Made by a program: the position numbers and the translations under genes. From an uncultured Thermoplasmata archaeon (lineage in GTDB: Archaea; Thermoplasmatota; Thermoplasmata; Lutacidiplasmatales; UBA184), in the NCBI GenBank assembly GCA_963804525.1, contig CAWDQO010000006.1:154500-218499 (forward strand): a stretch of 64,000 nucleotides of DNA, read 5' to 3'. Positions 27,069 to 35,801 of this stretch are shown here, one piece after another. The notes beneath the pieces were generated by a model. That model searched no databases, was not told where the DNA came from, and saw nothing but the letters and a program-made list of their open reading frames with translations. Position 1 is the first letter of the stretch; each line of letters starts with the position of its first letter.

Positions 27069-28406
27069 GTGACGGCGCTCAGCACGATCCGCACCCGCCC
27101 CGACGCGCTGCGGCGCGCCATCGAGGTCCGCCACAAGCCGTACCCCGACGTGGACGAGCTCCTCCGACTCGATACCGAGTGCCGCGCCCTCTCCGCCGAG
27201 GTCAACACACTCCGCGCGAAGCGGAACGAGCGGGGCCAAGCGCTCGCCGCCGCGAAGAAGGCGGGCGGCGGGGCGCACGACACGGCGACGACCCGCGAGC
27301 TGGCCGAGCTCCGCGACGAGATCGCCGCCAAGGAGACGAAGCTCGAGGTGCTCGAGACCCGGCGGGACGACACGCTGCTTCTTCTCCCCCAGATCCCCCA
27401 CAGCACCGTCCCGCTCGGGAAGGACGGTACCGAGAACGTCACCCTCCGCGAGACGCCCTCGACGGTCCCGACCGTCGCCCACCCGAAACCCCACTTCGAG
27501 ATCGGCCCGGAGCTGAACCTCATCGACACCGAGCGGGGTGCGAAGGTGGCCGGCGAGGGGTTCTACTTCCTCCTCGGGGACGGCGCCCGCCTCGAGATGG
27601 CGCTGATCAACTTCATGCGCGAGACCCACCGGGCCCGCGGGTACACCGAGGTGACCCCCCCGATCCTGATCTCGACCCGGTCGATGGAGGGGACCGGCCA
27701 GCTGCCGAAGTTCGCCGAGGACTCGTACCAGACGACCCTCGACGGCCTGTGGCTCTGCCCGACGGCCGAGGTCCCGGTCACGAACCTCTACCGGGACGAG
27801 GTGCTCCTCGGGACCGACCTTCCCCTGAAGCTGATGGCGTTCACGCCGTGCTTCCGCCGGGAGGCGGGCGGCCACGGGGTGGAGACCCGGGGGATCGCGA
27901 GGGTCCACCAGTTCAACAAGGTCGAGCTCGTCAACCTCGTCCACCCGGACCGGTCGTACGAGCAGCTCGAGGTCCTCCTCTCGGAGGCCGAGGCGATCGT
28001 TCGTGCCCTCGGGCTCCGGTACCGGATCCTGAACCTCTGCACCGGGGACCTCCCGGACAAGGCCGCGAAGTGCTACGACATCGAGTTGTGGGCCCCCGGG
28101 GCCGAACGGTGGCTCGAGGTCAGCTCGGTGTCGAACTTCGAGGATTTCCAGTCGTCCCGGGCCGGAATCCGGTTCCGGGAGCAGCAGGCCGACAAGCCGG
28201 AGTTCGTCCACACTCTGAACGGCTCCGGCACGGCCCTCGCTCGCCTGATGATCGCCGTGATGGAGACGTGGCAGACGTCCGACGGCGCGATCGAGGTCCC
28301 CCCGGTCCTCCGGCCCTACCTGGGAGGCCAGGACCGGCTGCGTCCGACCCCGCTTGTCGGCGAGCGCGAGCTCGGCCGCGGCCGCCGGGGTTGGAAGAAC
28401 GCCTAG
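27069..28406 (+). CDS. serS: seryl-tRNA synthetase
   Basis: 445 aa. N-terminal coiled-coil arm, class-II motifs (FRREAG, RVHQFNKVE, GSGTALARL). Confidence 0.92.
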   Translation: MTALSTIRTRPDALRRAIEVRHKPYPDVDELLRLDTECRALSAEVNTLRAKRNERGQALAAAKKAGGGAHDTATTRELAELRDEIAAKETKLEVLETRRDDTLLLLPQIPHSTVPLGKDGTENVTLRETPSTVPTVAHPKPHFEIGPELNLIDTERGAKVAGEGFYFLLGDGARLEMALINFMRETHRARGYTEVTPPILISTRSMEGTGQLPKFAEDSYQTTLDGLWLCPTAEVPVTNLYRDEVLLGTDLPLKLMAFTPCFRREAGGHGVETRGIARVHQFNKVELVNLVHPDRSYEQLEVLLSEAEAIVRALGLRYRILNLCTGDLPDKAAKCYDIELWAPGAERWLEVSSVSNFEDFQSSRAGIRFREQQADKPEFVHTLNGSGTALARLMIAVMETWQTSDGAIEVPPVLRPYLGGQDRLRPTPLVGERELGRGRRGWKNA

Positions 28407-28482
28407 CGGCGGGTCACCGGAGGCCGCCCCGCGGCACCCTTTTGAACGCCCCGTGCGTCGCACGCGCCGAGCGTATCGGACC

Positions 28483-29970
28483 ATGGCGGAAACGGTCGAC
28501 CACGGACTCTTCATCGACGGACGCTGGGAGAGCCCCCCGGGGGCGTCCCGGTTTTCGACCCGCAATCCGGCGACCGGCGAGGTCCTCGGCACGTTCGTCT
28601 CCGGACGCCCGGAAGACGCCGAGCGGGCCGTCACCGCCGCCGCCAAGGCGTTCCCGGCGTGGCGCGACACGCCGGCCCCGAAGCGCGGGGAGCTCCTCCT
28701 CCGGGTCGCCGAGACGATGCGGAGCCGCAAGGAATCGATCGGCCGCGTCGTGACGAAGGAGATGGGGAAGGTCATCGCCGAGGGGCGGGGCGACGTCCAG
28801 GAGGCGATCGACTTCGTCGAGTACATGGCGGGCGAGGGCCGACGGCTCGCCGGCGAGACCGTCCCTTCGGAGCTGTTCCGGAAGATCTGTCTCACGATCC
28901 GGCAGCCGAAGGGGGTCGTCGTCTGCATCACCCCCTGGAACTTCCCGACCGCGATCCCGAACTGGAAGATCGCGGCCGCCCTGATCTGCGGGAACTCGGT
29001 CGTCTTCAAGCCGGCCTCGAACACCGCGCTCTGCGCGGTCGAGGTCGTGAAGGCGTACGAGGAGGCGGGGATCCCTCCCGGGGTCCTCAACCTCGTCACC
29101 GGCTCGGGCGGGACGGTCGGGACCGCGCTCATCGGCGACCCGCGGGTCCGGACGATCTCGTTCACGGGAGGCGTCGACACCGGGCGGGAGGTCTACGTGC
29201 AGGGCGCGAAGGCGCTCAAGATGGTCCACCTCGAGCTCGGCGGGAAGAACCCGCAGATCGTGATGGACGACGCCGACCTGCCGCTCGCCCTCGAAGGGGT
29301 CCTCTTCGGGGCGTTCGGGACGTCCGGCCAGCGGTGCACCGCCACGAGCCGCCTCATCCTCCACGCGAAGGTCTACGACGAGTTCCTCCGGCTGCTCCTC
29401 GAGCGGCTGAAGACGTTCCGCGTCGGCGACCCGCTCGACGAGAAGACCGACATGGGTCCGGTCGCCTCGGCCGACCAGGAGAAGAAGGTCCTCGAGTACA
29501 TCGCGCTCGGTCGGGCCGAGGGCGCCAAGCTCGTGTTCGGCGGCGAGAAGCTCCGCGGCGGCGTGTACGACGCCGGCCACTTCCTCGCCCCGACCGTCTT
29601 CGAGACCCGCCATGGGACCCGGATCAGCAAGGAGGAGATCTTCGGCCCGGTCCTTTCCGTGGTCAAGGTCCAGGACTTCGAGGAGGCGGTCCGGGTCGCG
29701 AACGACGTCGAGTATGGCCTCTCGTCGTCGATCTACACCCGGGACGTCAGCCGGGCGTTCCGGGCCGTCCAGGAGCTCGAGGCCGGGATCACCTACGTGA
29801 ACGCCCCGACGATCGGGGCCGAGGTCCAGCTCCCGTTCGGCGGCGTGAAGAACACCGGGAACGGCGGGCGGGAGGCCGGCTCGGTCGCCATCGACGAGTT
29901 CACCGAGCTGAAGACTGTCTTCCTCGACTTCTCGGGCCATCTGCAGAAGGCCCAGATCGACGCCGAGTAG
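28483..29970 (+). CDS. NAD(P)-dependent aldehyde dehydrogenase
   Basis: ATG 28483 (MAETVDHGLFIDGRW). ITPWNFP, FTGGVDTG, LELGGKNP and GQRCTATSR (catalytic Cys) blocks. 495 aa. Confidence 0.9.
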   Translation: MAETVDHGLFIDGRWESPPGASRFSTRNPATGEVLGTFVSGRPEDAERAVTAAAKAFPAWRDTPAPKRGELLLRVAETMRSRKESIGRVVTKEMGKVIAEGRGDVQEAIDFVEYMAGEGRRLAGETVPSELFRKICLTIRQPKGVVVCITPWNFPTAIPNWKIAAALICGNSVVFKPASNTALCAVEVVKAYEEAGIPPGVLNLVTGSGGTVGTALIGDPRVRTISFTGGVDTGREVYVQGAKALKMVHLELGGKNPQIVMDDADLPLALEGVLFGAFGTSGQRCTATSRLILHAKVYDEFLRLLLERLKTFRVGDPLDEKTDMGPVASADQEKKVLEYIALGRAEGAKLVFGGEKLRGGVYDAGHFLAPTVFETRHGTRISKEEIFGPVLSVVKVQDFEEAVRVANDVEYGLSSSIYTRDVSRAFRAVQELEAGITYVNAPTIGAEVQLPFGGVKNTGNGGREAGSVAIDEFTELKTVFLDFSGHLQKAQIDAE

Positions 29971-29977
29971 GCGGGCG

Positions 29978-30166
29978 ATGCCGCCGTACCGGGGCTCCGA
30001 CGCCGCGGTCGATGGCGAGATCGCCACGCTCGAGCGGATCGCCCGTCTCCGGCTCGCCCGGTACGCCGCGGAGATGCGCGACCTCGACCGGGACCTCTCC
30101 GAGCTCCGAAGGGAGCGGGCCCGCCGCCGCGCGATCGCCGCCGTGCCGGCCGGGGCGAGCGGGTGA
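29978..30166 (+). CDS. small hypothetical protein (helical)
   Basis: 62-aa ORF 8 nt after the ALDH stop. IATLERIARLRLARYAAEMRDLDRDLSELRRERARR is helical and charged. Weak support. Confidence 0.3.
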   Translation: MPPYRGSDAAVDGEIATLERIARLRLARYAAEMRDLDRDLSELRRERARRRAIAAVPAGASG

Positions 30167-30185
30167 CCGCCTGAAGGGCCGGTCG

Positions 30186-31569
30186 CTACGGGCCGGTCCG
30201 GCCCGGGTTGTCGAAGTTCGTCAGGATCGTCTGGTTGAGGCTCCGCGGCCGGGCGAGCGCGGCGAGGAGCGGGTCGTCGAGGAGCGCCGGGAACGTCTCG
30301 GAGACCGGGACGTCGACGACAATCTCACGAGTACCGGCCGCCGCGCCCCCGCGAGACGATGGTCGCGCGGATGAGCCCGAGGTTCTCGAGCTCGCTGAGG
30401 TAGTTGGAGATCGAGCGGGCGTGGAGCGGCTGGAGGCCGAGCCGCTGGGCGAGCCGGGTGTACCCGTCGTAGACGTCGCCGGTCTGGACCCCTTCCCGGC
30501 GACGCTCGAACGCCTGGAGGATCGCGTACATCAGCACCTTGCAGTGCGGCGGAAGGGTCCGGCAACACTCGACGATGATGTCCTGCTCGAGCCGGCTCTT
30601 CGCCTTCACGACGTGGTCGGAGGTGATCCGCTTCGACCGGTCCCGCTCGGCCATCTCCGCGGCGAGCCGCAGAAGGGCGAGCGCCCGCCGGGCGTCGCCG
30701 TTCTCGAGGGCGGCGTACGCCGCGCATCGCTCGATGACGCCGGCGTCGACGACGCCGTCGCGGAACACCTCGGCGGCCCGGTCGCGCAGGATGTCCTGAA
30801 GCTGCGGCGCGTCGTACGGGGGGAAGAGGATCTTCTCCTCGTTGAGCCGGCTCCGGACGCGGGCATCGAGGTTGTTCGTGAACTTGAGGTCGTTCGAGAT
30901 CCCGATGATCACGAGCCGCGCCTTGTCGAGCTCGGTGTTCACCTGGCAGAGGGTGTAGAGGACCCCGTCGCCGCTCCGGGCGACGAGCCGGTCGATCTCG
31001 TCGAGGATGAGGAGCACGATGCCCCCCTTGACGTCCATCAGGTCCCGCATCGCGGCCTGGACCCGGTCGAGCGACCAGCCCGTCGGGATCCGATCCGCCT
31101 CCTTCGTCGCGAACGTGTTCCCGACGGTCTGCATCAGGCTGTACGGCGTCTCGACGTTGCCGCAGTTGACGGCGATGAACGTGAGCTTCCGGGTCAGCTC
31201 GCCGCGCCGCTGGACGTCGGCCCGGACCTGCGCCACGACGGCGGTCTTCCCGGTCCCGATCTTCCCGTAGATGAGGAGGTTCGACGGGACGTTCCCCTTC
31301 AGGGCCGGCGCGAGGATCTCCACGACCTGGCGGATCTGGTGCTCGCGGTGCGGGAGCCGGGTCGGGATGTAGGTCTCCCGGAGGATCTCCCGGTCGCCCT
31401 TGAACAGCTCCGGTCCGTCGCGGAGCACCGAGTCGAACACCTCGCTCGCCGAGTTCCGGGGGGCGGAGGTCGGAACCCCCACGGTGGGGGGCGTTCCCGT
31501 CGGGGGAGCTGCGACCACTCGGGTCGTTGCCGCTCCGTCGTTCGCCGCGACGAGCGGCTCGGACCCCAT
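30186..31569 (-). CDS. cdc6: Orc1/Cdc6 replication initiator; C-terminal winged helix cut by a frame break in this assembly
   Basis: ATG 31569 (MGSEPLV). Walker A GKIGTGKT, Walker B LLILDEID, sensor and lid blocks, WH domain ...LSELENLGLIRATIVSRGRGGR. The track ORF stops at 30325 (..GGRYS*). Removing one base at GTACC (30331-30335) gives the canonical GRGGRTREI and 48 more well-composed residues (VVDVPVSETFPALLDDPLLAALARPRSLNQTILTNFDNPGRTGP), ending at 30186. The result is 1383 nt, or 460 aa. Confidence 0.85.
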
Positions 31570-31781
31570 GGTGAGCTCTCCGATGTTACCCGGTCCGGGG
31601 GCGCCTTCACGCCCCCGGATGGCCTCGGGCGGAGTCGCGGAGGGGAGTGGCCCATATCTATCTTTTGCCGGAAATTCGACGCCGGCCCGCCGGCCGCGGC
31701 CGACCGGCGCCGGCGGGCCTGCCCCGTCGGCTCCGGCCCAGTTATCTCGCCGGACGGTTCGCCCGCCGGGGGATCCCGGCA

Positions 31782-32303
31782 ATGCGCCCCAGCCTCGCCC
31801 TCCTCGTCGTCGGAATTCTGGTCGTCGGGCTTGTCCTGACGGGGCCGTCGGGCCTCGCCCGGGCGGCGGGAGAGTTCCCCGGCGGTCGGCTCGCGGCGAC
31901 CGGGCCGTCGGACGGGAACCTCGTCCTCCAGGTCACGCCGGCGACCGCGTCCGTGACGCTGAACGGCACCCCGGTCTCCCTCGACGCCGCCGGCGCGGCC
32001 TCGGTGTCGCTTCCCCCGGGGGAGTACTCCATCTCCGTCACCGCCCCCGGCGACCTGGGATTCCTCGGAAACTTCACGGTCACGAGCGGCCAGAGCTCGT
32101 ACCTCACCGTCCACTTGACGGCGGCCCCCTCGCCCTCGGGCGGCTCGACCCTCTCCCTGGACTCGTTCCCGGTCGCGGTCACCGCCACCGTGGTCGGCGT
32201 TGCGGTGATCGCGGTCCTTGGAATCGTTCTCCTCCGGTCGCCCCGGCGGAAGGACGAGGCGCCCCCGCCGCCGGAAACCCGGCGCGACGAGGGCCCTGAG
32301 TAG
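31782..32303 (+). CDS. membrane-anchored surface protein with a PEGA-like beta-sandwich domain
   Basis: ATG 31782 (MRPSLALLVVGILVVGLVL signal or anchor). LQVTPATASVTLNGTPVSLDAAGAASVSLPPGEYSISVTAPG resembles a PEGA / carboxypeptidase-regulatory-like domain. C-terminal TM (VTATVVGVAVIAVLGIVLL) plus a charged tail. Confidence 0.55.
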   Translation: MRPSLALLVVGILVVGLVLTGPSGLARAAGEFPGGRLAATGPSDGNLVLQVTPATASVTLNGTPVSLDAAGAASVSLPPGEYSISVTAPGDLGFLGNFTVTSGQSSYLTVHLTAAPSPSGGSTLSLDSFPVAVTATVVGVAVIAVLGIVLLRSPRRKDEAPPPPETRRDEGPE

Positions 32304-32315
32304 ACCGAGCGACCC

Positions 32316-35300
32316 TCAGACGACGAACTTGTCTTCGTCGTCGGCCGAGTCGGGGCCCGGATCCCGTTCCGGGGGAGTCCGGAGCCGCACGAGGGCGAGG
32401 ATCGCGACCCCCCACCCGACGACGGCCGCCACAAGCAGGCCGGCGACGAGGGGCGTGAACGTTCCGAACGCCGAGCCACCGGTCGACGACGTCGCGACCG
32501 GGCCCACGTCGACCGTGACGTTCGCGTAGGAGGACCGGAGCGACGCATCGGTCGCCGTGACGTTCACGAGGTACGTCCCCGCCGATGTGTAGGTGTGGGT
32601 CACGTTCTCCCCGTGGCCGAGCACGCCGTCCCCGAACGCCCAGACGAACGAGCCCGGCCCGACCCCTCCGAGGAGCCGGGCGTGGAACGCGAAGCTTCCG
32701 GAGCCGTTCGTGCCCGCGTCCGCGACGATCACGACCGACGGCAGCGCGTAGACCGTCACCGGGACCGAGGTGACGTTGGACCCCCCGGTCCCGTTGTCCA
32801 CGACGGTGACGGTGGCGGTGAACGTGCCGGCGACCCCATAGGTGTGGTCGGCGGTCGCGCCCGACCCGTTCGTCCCGTCGCCGAACTGCCACGTGTACGC
32901 GAACGGTCCCGTGCCGGTCGCCGTCGCCGTGAAGTTCACGACGACGCCGACGTACGCCGGGGAGGGGTTGACGGCGACCGAAACGAGGGGGGCCGCTCCC
33001 GGGCTGACGAGGACGTCGGTCGCGACGATCGCCGTGCCACCGTAGGCATCGCTGACGTGGAGCAGGACCTGGACGAGCCCGAGCGTCGTCAGGCGGGCCG
33101 ACGCATTGACGAACACCTCCGTCGGGCTCGTACGGGTGACGTTCGCCGGCTCGAACGAGAACCCCGGGAACGAGTAGATCGCCTCGACGATCGGGTCGTC
33201 CGTCCCCGTACTGATCGCGGTCGAGAACGTCGTCGTGAACGGCTCGGGGCCGCCCGGGCCTCCCTCAATCGTCCCCGGCGCCAGGGGCGCCGGGGTCGCC
33301 GCCACCGGAACCGTCGTGGCGAAGCCGGAGCCGAGCGCGTCGTACGGAACGACACTCGCGAACGCCGTCACGTTGTTCGGCCACGGGACGACGACCGAGT
33401 TCCCGGTCGTGTTCCATACTTGCACCCCGCCGTCCGTGATGTTGGCGGTCGTATTGCCGGTCCCGACGAGGTACGATGTCGCCGCCAGGGCCGGGACCTC
33501 GGTCAGGTACGCGACGTATCGCGTGACGGGGGCCGATGGCGAGAGCGAGGCGGACCAGTTGACGCCCACGAGCAACGCGCCGGCCGAGCTGTTCGCGACC
33601 GGCGCGAGCGGGCCGGACCATACGTCGCGCAGGAGCGGCGCTCCGACGGCGACGACACCCTGGGCGTCCGTCACCGTTGTTTGAACCGTCCCGAATCCGA
33701 CCCCCCCGAGGAAATCTACCGGGACCACCGATGAGTTGTTGGAAGAGAGCGCGGTCACGGTGCTCCCATTGCCGAGCGTGATCTCGAACTGGAACGGGGC
33801 GGCGCCGCCCGTCGCGGTCACGTTCACTCCGATGAGCGACGAGCCGTGCCAGAGGGTTCCAGTCGGGAGCGACGTCACCACGGTGAGGGGAGCGAGGGGG
33901 GATGCGGACGGGGTGACGACGGTCGCGTTCGTCGTGTTGGCGAACGTCTCAGCGGTCACGGTGATCCGGTACGACACCCCGGCAGCGAGTCCGGTGACCG
34001 TGGTCGCGGTGACGTTGCCCACCGGGAGGGCTTCGGCAAACCCGGAGGCGGTCGCATTGATGTCGACGACATACCCCCGGATGTCCGTCGAGGACTCGGT
34101 CCAGTTCAGGTGGTAGCCGCCGGCCACGGTGGTGGCGTTCGCCGGCCCGAATCCCGGGGCCGCGGGCGAAGGGATGGCGCACGAGGCGGTCCCCCCCGTC
34201 ATCGCGAGCGTGTGGCCGACCGGCGCCCCCCAGGAGACGCCCGCCGACCGCTCCGAGACCCAGTAGGTGAGGGTCCCATTCTCGCTGGCGACGTCGAGCG
34301 AGGCTGTCACGTTCGCCAACGTCCCGCTCGCCGGGGTCACGACCTGGGTGAACACCGGCCCGCTCGGCGAGCACCAGAGCGCCCCGACCTCGACGGCGGT
34401 CGCCCCCCGGGGGTCGGCGACGGTGAGATTGGCCGAGACCACGCCCGCCCGACCGGTCGCGGATGTCACGGAGACGGCCGCGGGGGACTGCCATGTCGCG
34501 CTCCCGTTGGGGAGGAACTGGCCCGCAACGCCGCCGTAGCCGGCCAGGGTTCCGTCCCCGGTCCCGATCCGCCACGCCGATCCGGTGGCTCCGTCGGGGA
34601 CGATCGCGAGGGTCGGGTACCCACCGGTCCCGCCGAACGATTGGGCATCCGGACACGCAGCGAGCGCTGCGGACCCCGAGCACGCCCCGCTCGTGGAGGC
34701 GGTCGCGATCCACGGGAACGACTCCTCCGCCGACGACGAGGCGTTCCAGTACGAGGCCGATGTGACGAGCGGGACTCCGACCGAAGCGAGAGAGTTCCGG
34801 TCGTAGGTGTTGCAGGCGGTCGCCCCCGACGCCGACGGGCAGTCGGTCCACCCGAACGCCACGTCGTACGGCGTCGCCCAGCCGGGATCGGAGGCGTTCG
34901 ACTCCAGGTACCGGGGGTCGACGGGAACTCCGGTCACGGTCGTCGCGGCCCCGAACTGCCACCGGGCCGATTCCGCGGGGTTCGTCGAGTCGTTGACCCA
35001 GGTCGTAAGGGGGCTACTTCCACCGACGATCCCCCGGGCCGTGACCAGGAGCTGGTCTCCCGGGGCAAATCGCCCCACGCTGTCCGACGATGGCCACCCG
35101 CCCCCGAGGACGATGTTGTCCTCGCATGTCGGGACCCCACTGACCACGCCGGTCGCGCTCGCGTTCTGGCAGAGCGGGTCGCACGACCCCGACGGGACGA
35201 GGTCCCGAACGGGCACCTGCGCGACCCAATCGGGGGAGGCTGGAACGACCGAGGGGCTGTACGGCGGGTAGAGGGTGACCGCCAAGTACGACGCGCCGTC

Positions 35301-35693
35301 GATCGAGCAGGGGACGCCGGTCACCCAGAGCCCGACCCAGAACGAGCCGAGGACCGACGCGGGGTCCGTGCCCGCCCCGGGAAGTTGAATCCCAACCGAG
35401 AACCAGGCACCAGAGTCCGAAGCGTTCGCGACGAGGTCGGCGACCGGGGAATCGGCTCCCGGAAGGCATGGGCTGGCGCGGGGAAGCGCGAGGCAGGCCA
35501 ACGACCCCGCCGTCTCCGGCCGCTCGAGCGGCCGGGCCCCGAGGCGAGCCGAGCCACTTGGAACCCCCCCTCCCGTCAGCGGCCGATTGCCGGTGGCCCC
35601 TGGGAGACCCATCGCGGGCAGGGGAATCGCGACGAGGACGACCAGAACCGCAGTGACGAGCACGAGGTTCGTTGCGAGGGCGGTTCGTCGCAT
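32316..35693 (-). CDS. large surface (glyco)protein, FN3-like plus two PKD domains, C-terminal TM anchor
   Basis: Uninterrupted 1125 aa. Signal or anchor MRRTALATNLVLVTAVLVVLVAIPLPA. FN3-like HLNWTESSTDIRGYVVDINA...GVSYRITVTA. PKD signatures YTWQFGDGTNGSGATADHTY and FVWAFGDGVLGHGENVTHTY. TM LVAGLLVAAVVGWGVAILALV plus an acidic tail. Very many N-x-S/T sequons. Confidence 0.8.
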   Translation of the reverse strand: MRRTALATNLVLVTAVLVVLVAIPLPAMGLPGATGNRPLTGGGVPSGSARLGARPLERPETAGSLACLALPRASPCLPGADSPVADLVANASDSGAWFSVGIQLPGAGTDPASVLGSFWVGLWVTGVPCSIDGASYLAVTLYPPYSPSVVPASPDWVAQVPVRDLVPSGSCDPLCQNASATGVVSGVPTCEDNIVLGGGWPSSDSVGRFAPGDQLLVTARGIVGGSSPLTTWVNDSTNPAESARWQFGAATTVTGVPVDPRYLESNASDPGWATPYDVAFGWTDCPSASGATACNTYDRNSLASVGVPLVTSASYWNASSSAEESFPWIATASTSGACSGSAALAACPDAQSFGGTGGYPTLAIVPDGATGSAWRIGTGDGTLAGYGGVAGQFLPNGSATWQSPAAVSVTSATGRAGVVSANLTVADPRGATAVEVGALWCSPSGPVFTQVVTPASGTLANVTASLDVASENGTLTYWVSERSAGVSWGAPVGHTLAMTGGTASCAIPSPAAPGFGPANATTVAGGYHLNWTESSTDIRGYVVDINATASGFAEALPVGNVTATTVTGLAAGVSYRITVTAETFANTTNATVVTPSASPLAPLTVVTSLPTGTLWHGSSLIGVNVTATGGAAPFQFEITLGNGSTVTALSSNNSSVVPVDFLGGVGFGTVQTTVTDAQGVVAVGAPLLRDVWSGPLAPVANSSAGALLVGVNWSASLSPSAPVTRYVAYLTEVPALAATSYLVGTGNTTANITDGGVQVWNTTGNSVVVPWPNNVTAFASVVPYDALGSGFATTVPVAATPAPLAPGTIEGGPGGPEPFTTTFSTAISTGTDDPIVEAIYSFPGFSFEPANVTRTSPTEVFVNASARLTTLGLVQVLLHVSDAYGGTAIVATDVLVSPGAAPLVSVAVNPSPAYVGVVVNFTATATGTGPFAYTWQFGDGTNGSGATADHTYGVAGTFTATVTVVDNGTGGSNVTSVPVTVYALPSVVIVADAGTNGSGSFAFHARLLGGVGPGSFVWAFGDGVLGHGENVTHTYTSAGTYLVNVTATDASLRSSYANVTVDVGPVATSSTGGSAFGTFTPLVAGLLVAAVVGWGVAILALVRLRTPPERDPGPDSADDEDKFVV

Positions 35694-35714
35694 CGGTCCG
35701 CCACGCCGTCGCCG

Positions 35715-35724
35715 GGATTTAAGG
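35715..35724 (-). promoter_or_regulatory. TATA-like element for the 32316..35693 gene
   Basis: The minus strand reads CCTTAAATCC, centred about 27 nt upstream of ATG 35693, which is consistent with a leaderless transcript. Confidence 0.35.
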
Positions 35725-35801
35725 TGCCGAACCGACGTCGCCGTCAGACGGCGCCAGCGCGTCGGAAAGGGTTGCGGGGTGTCCGCGCCAATCGCCCGAC
35801 G

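Noticed and set aside
30166-31781. Replication origin adjacent to orc1/cdc6
   Set aside because: The flanking non-coding stretches are short and GC-rich. I could not find repeated ORB-like boxes or an A/T-rich unwinding element.
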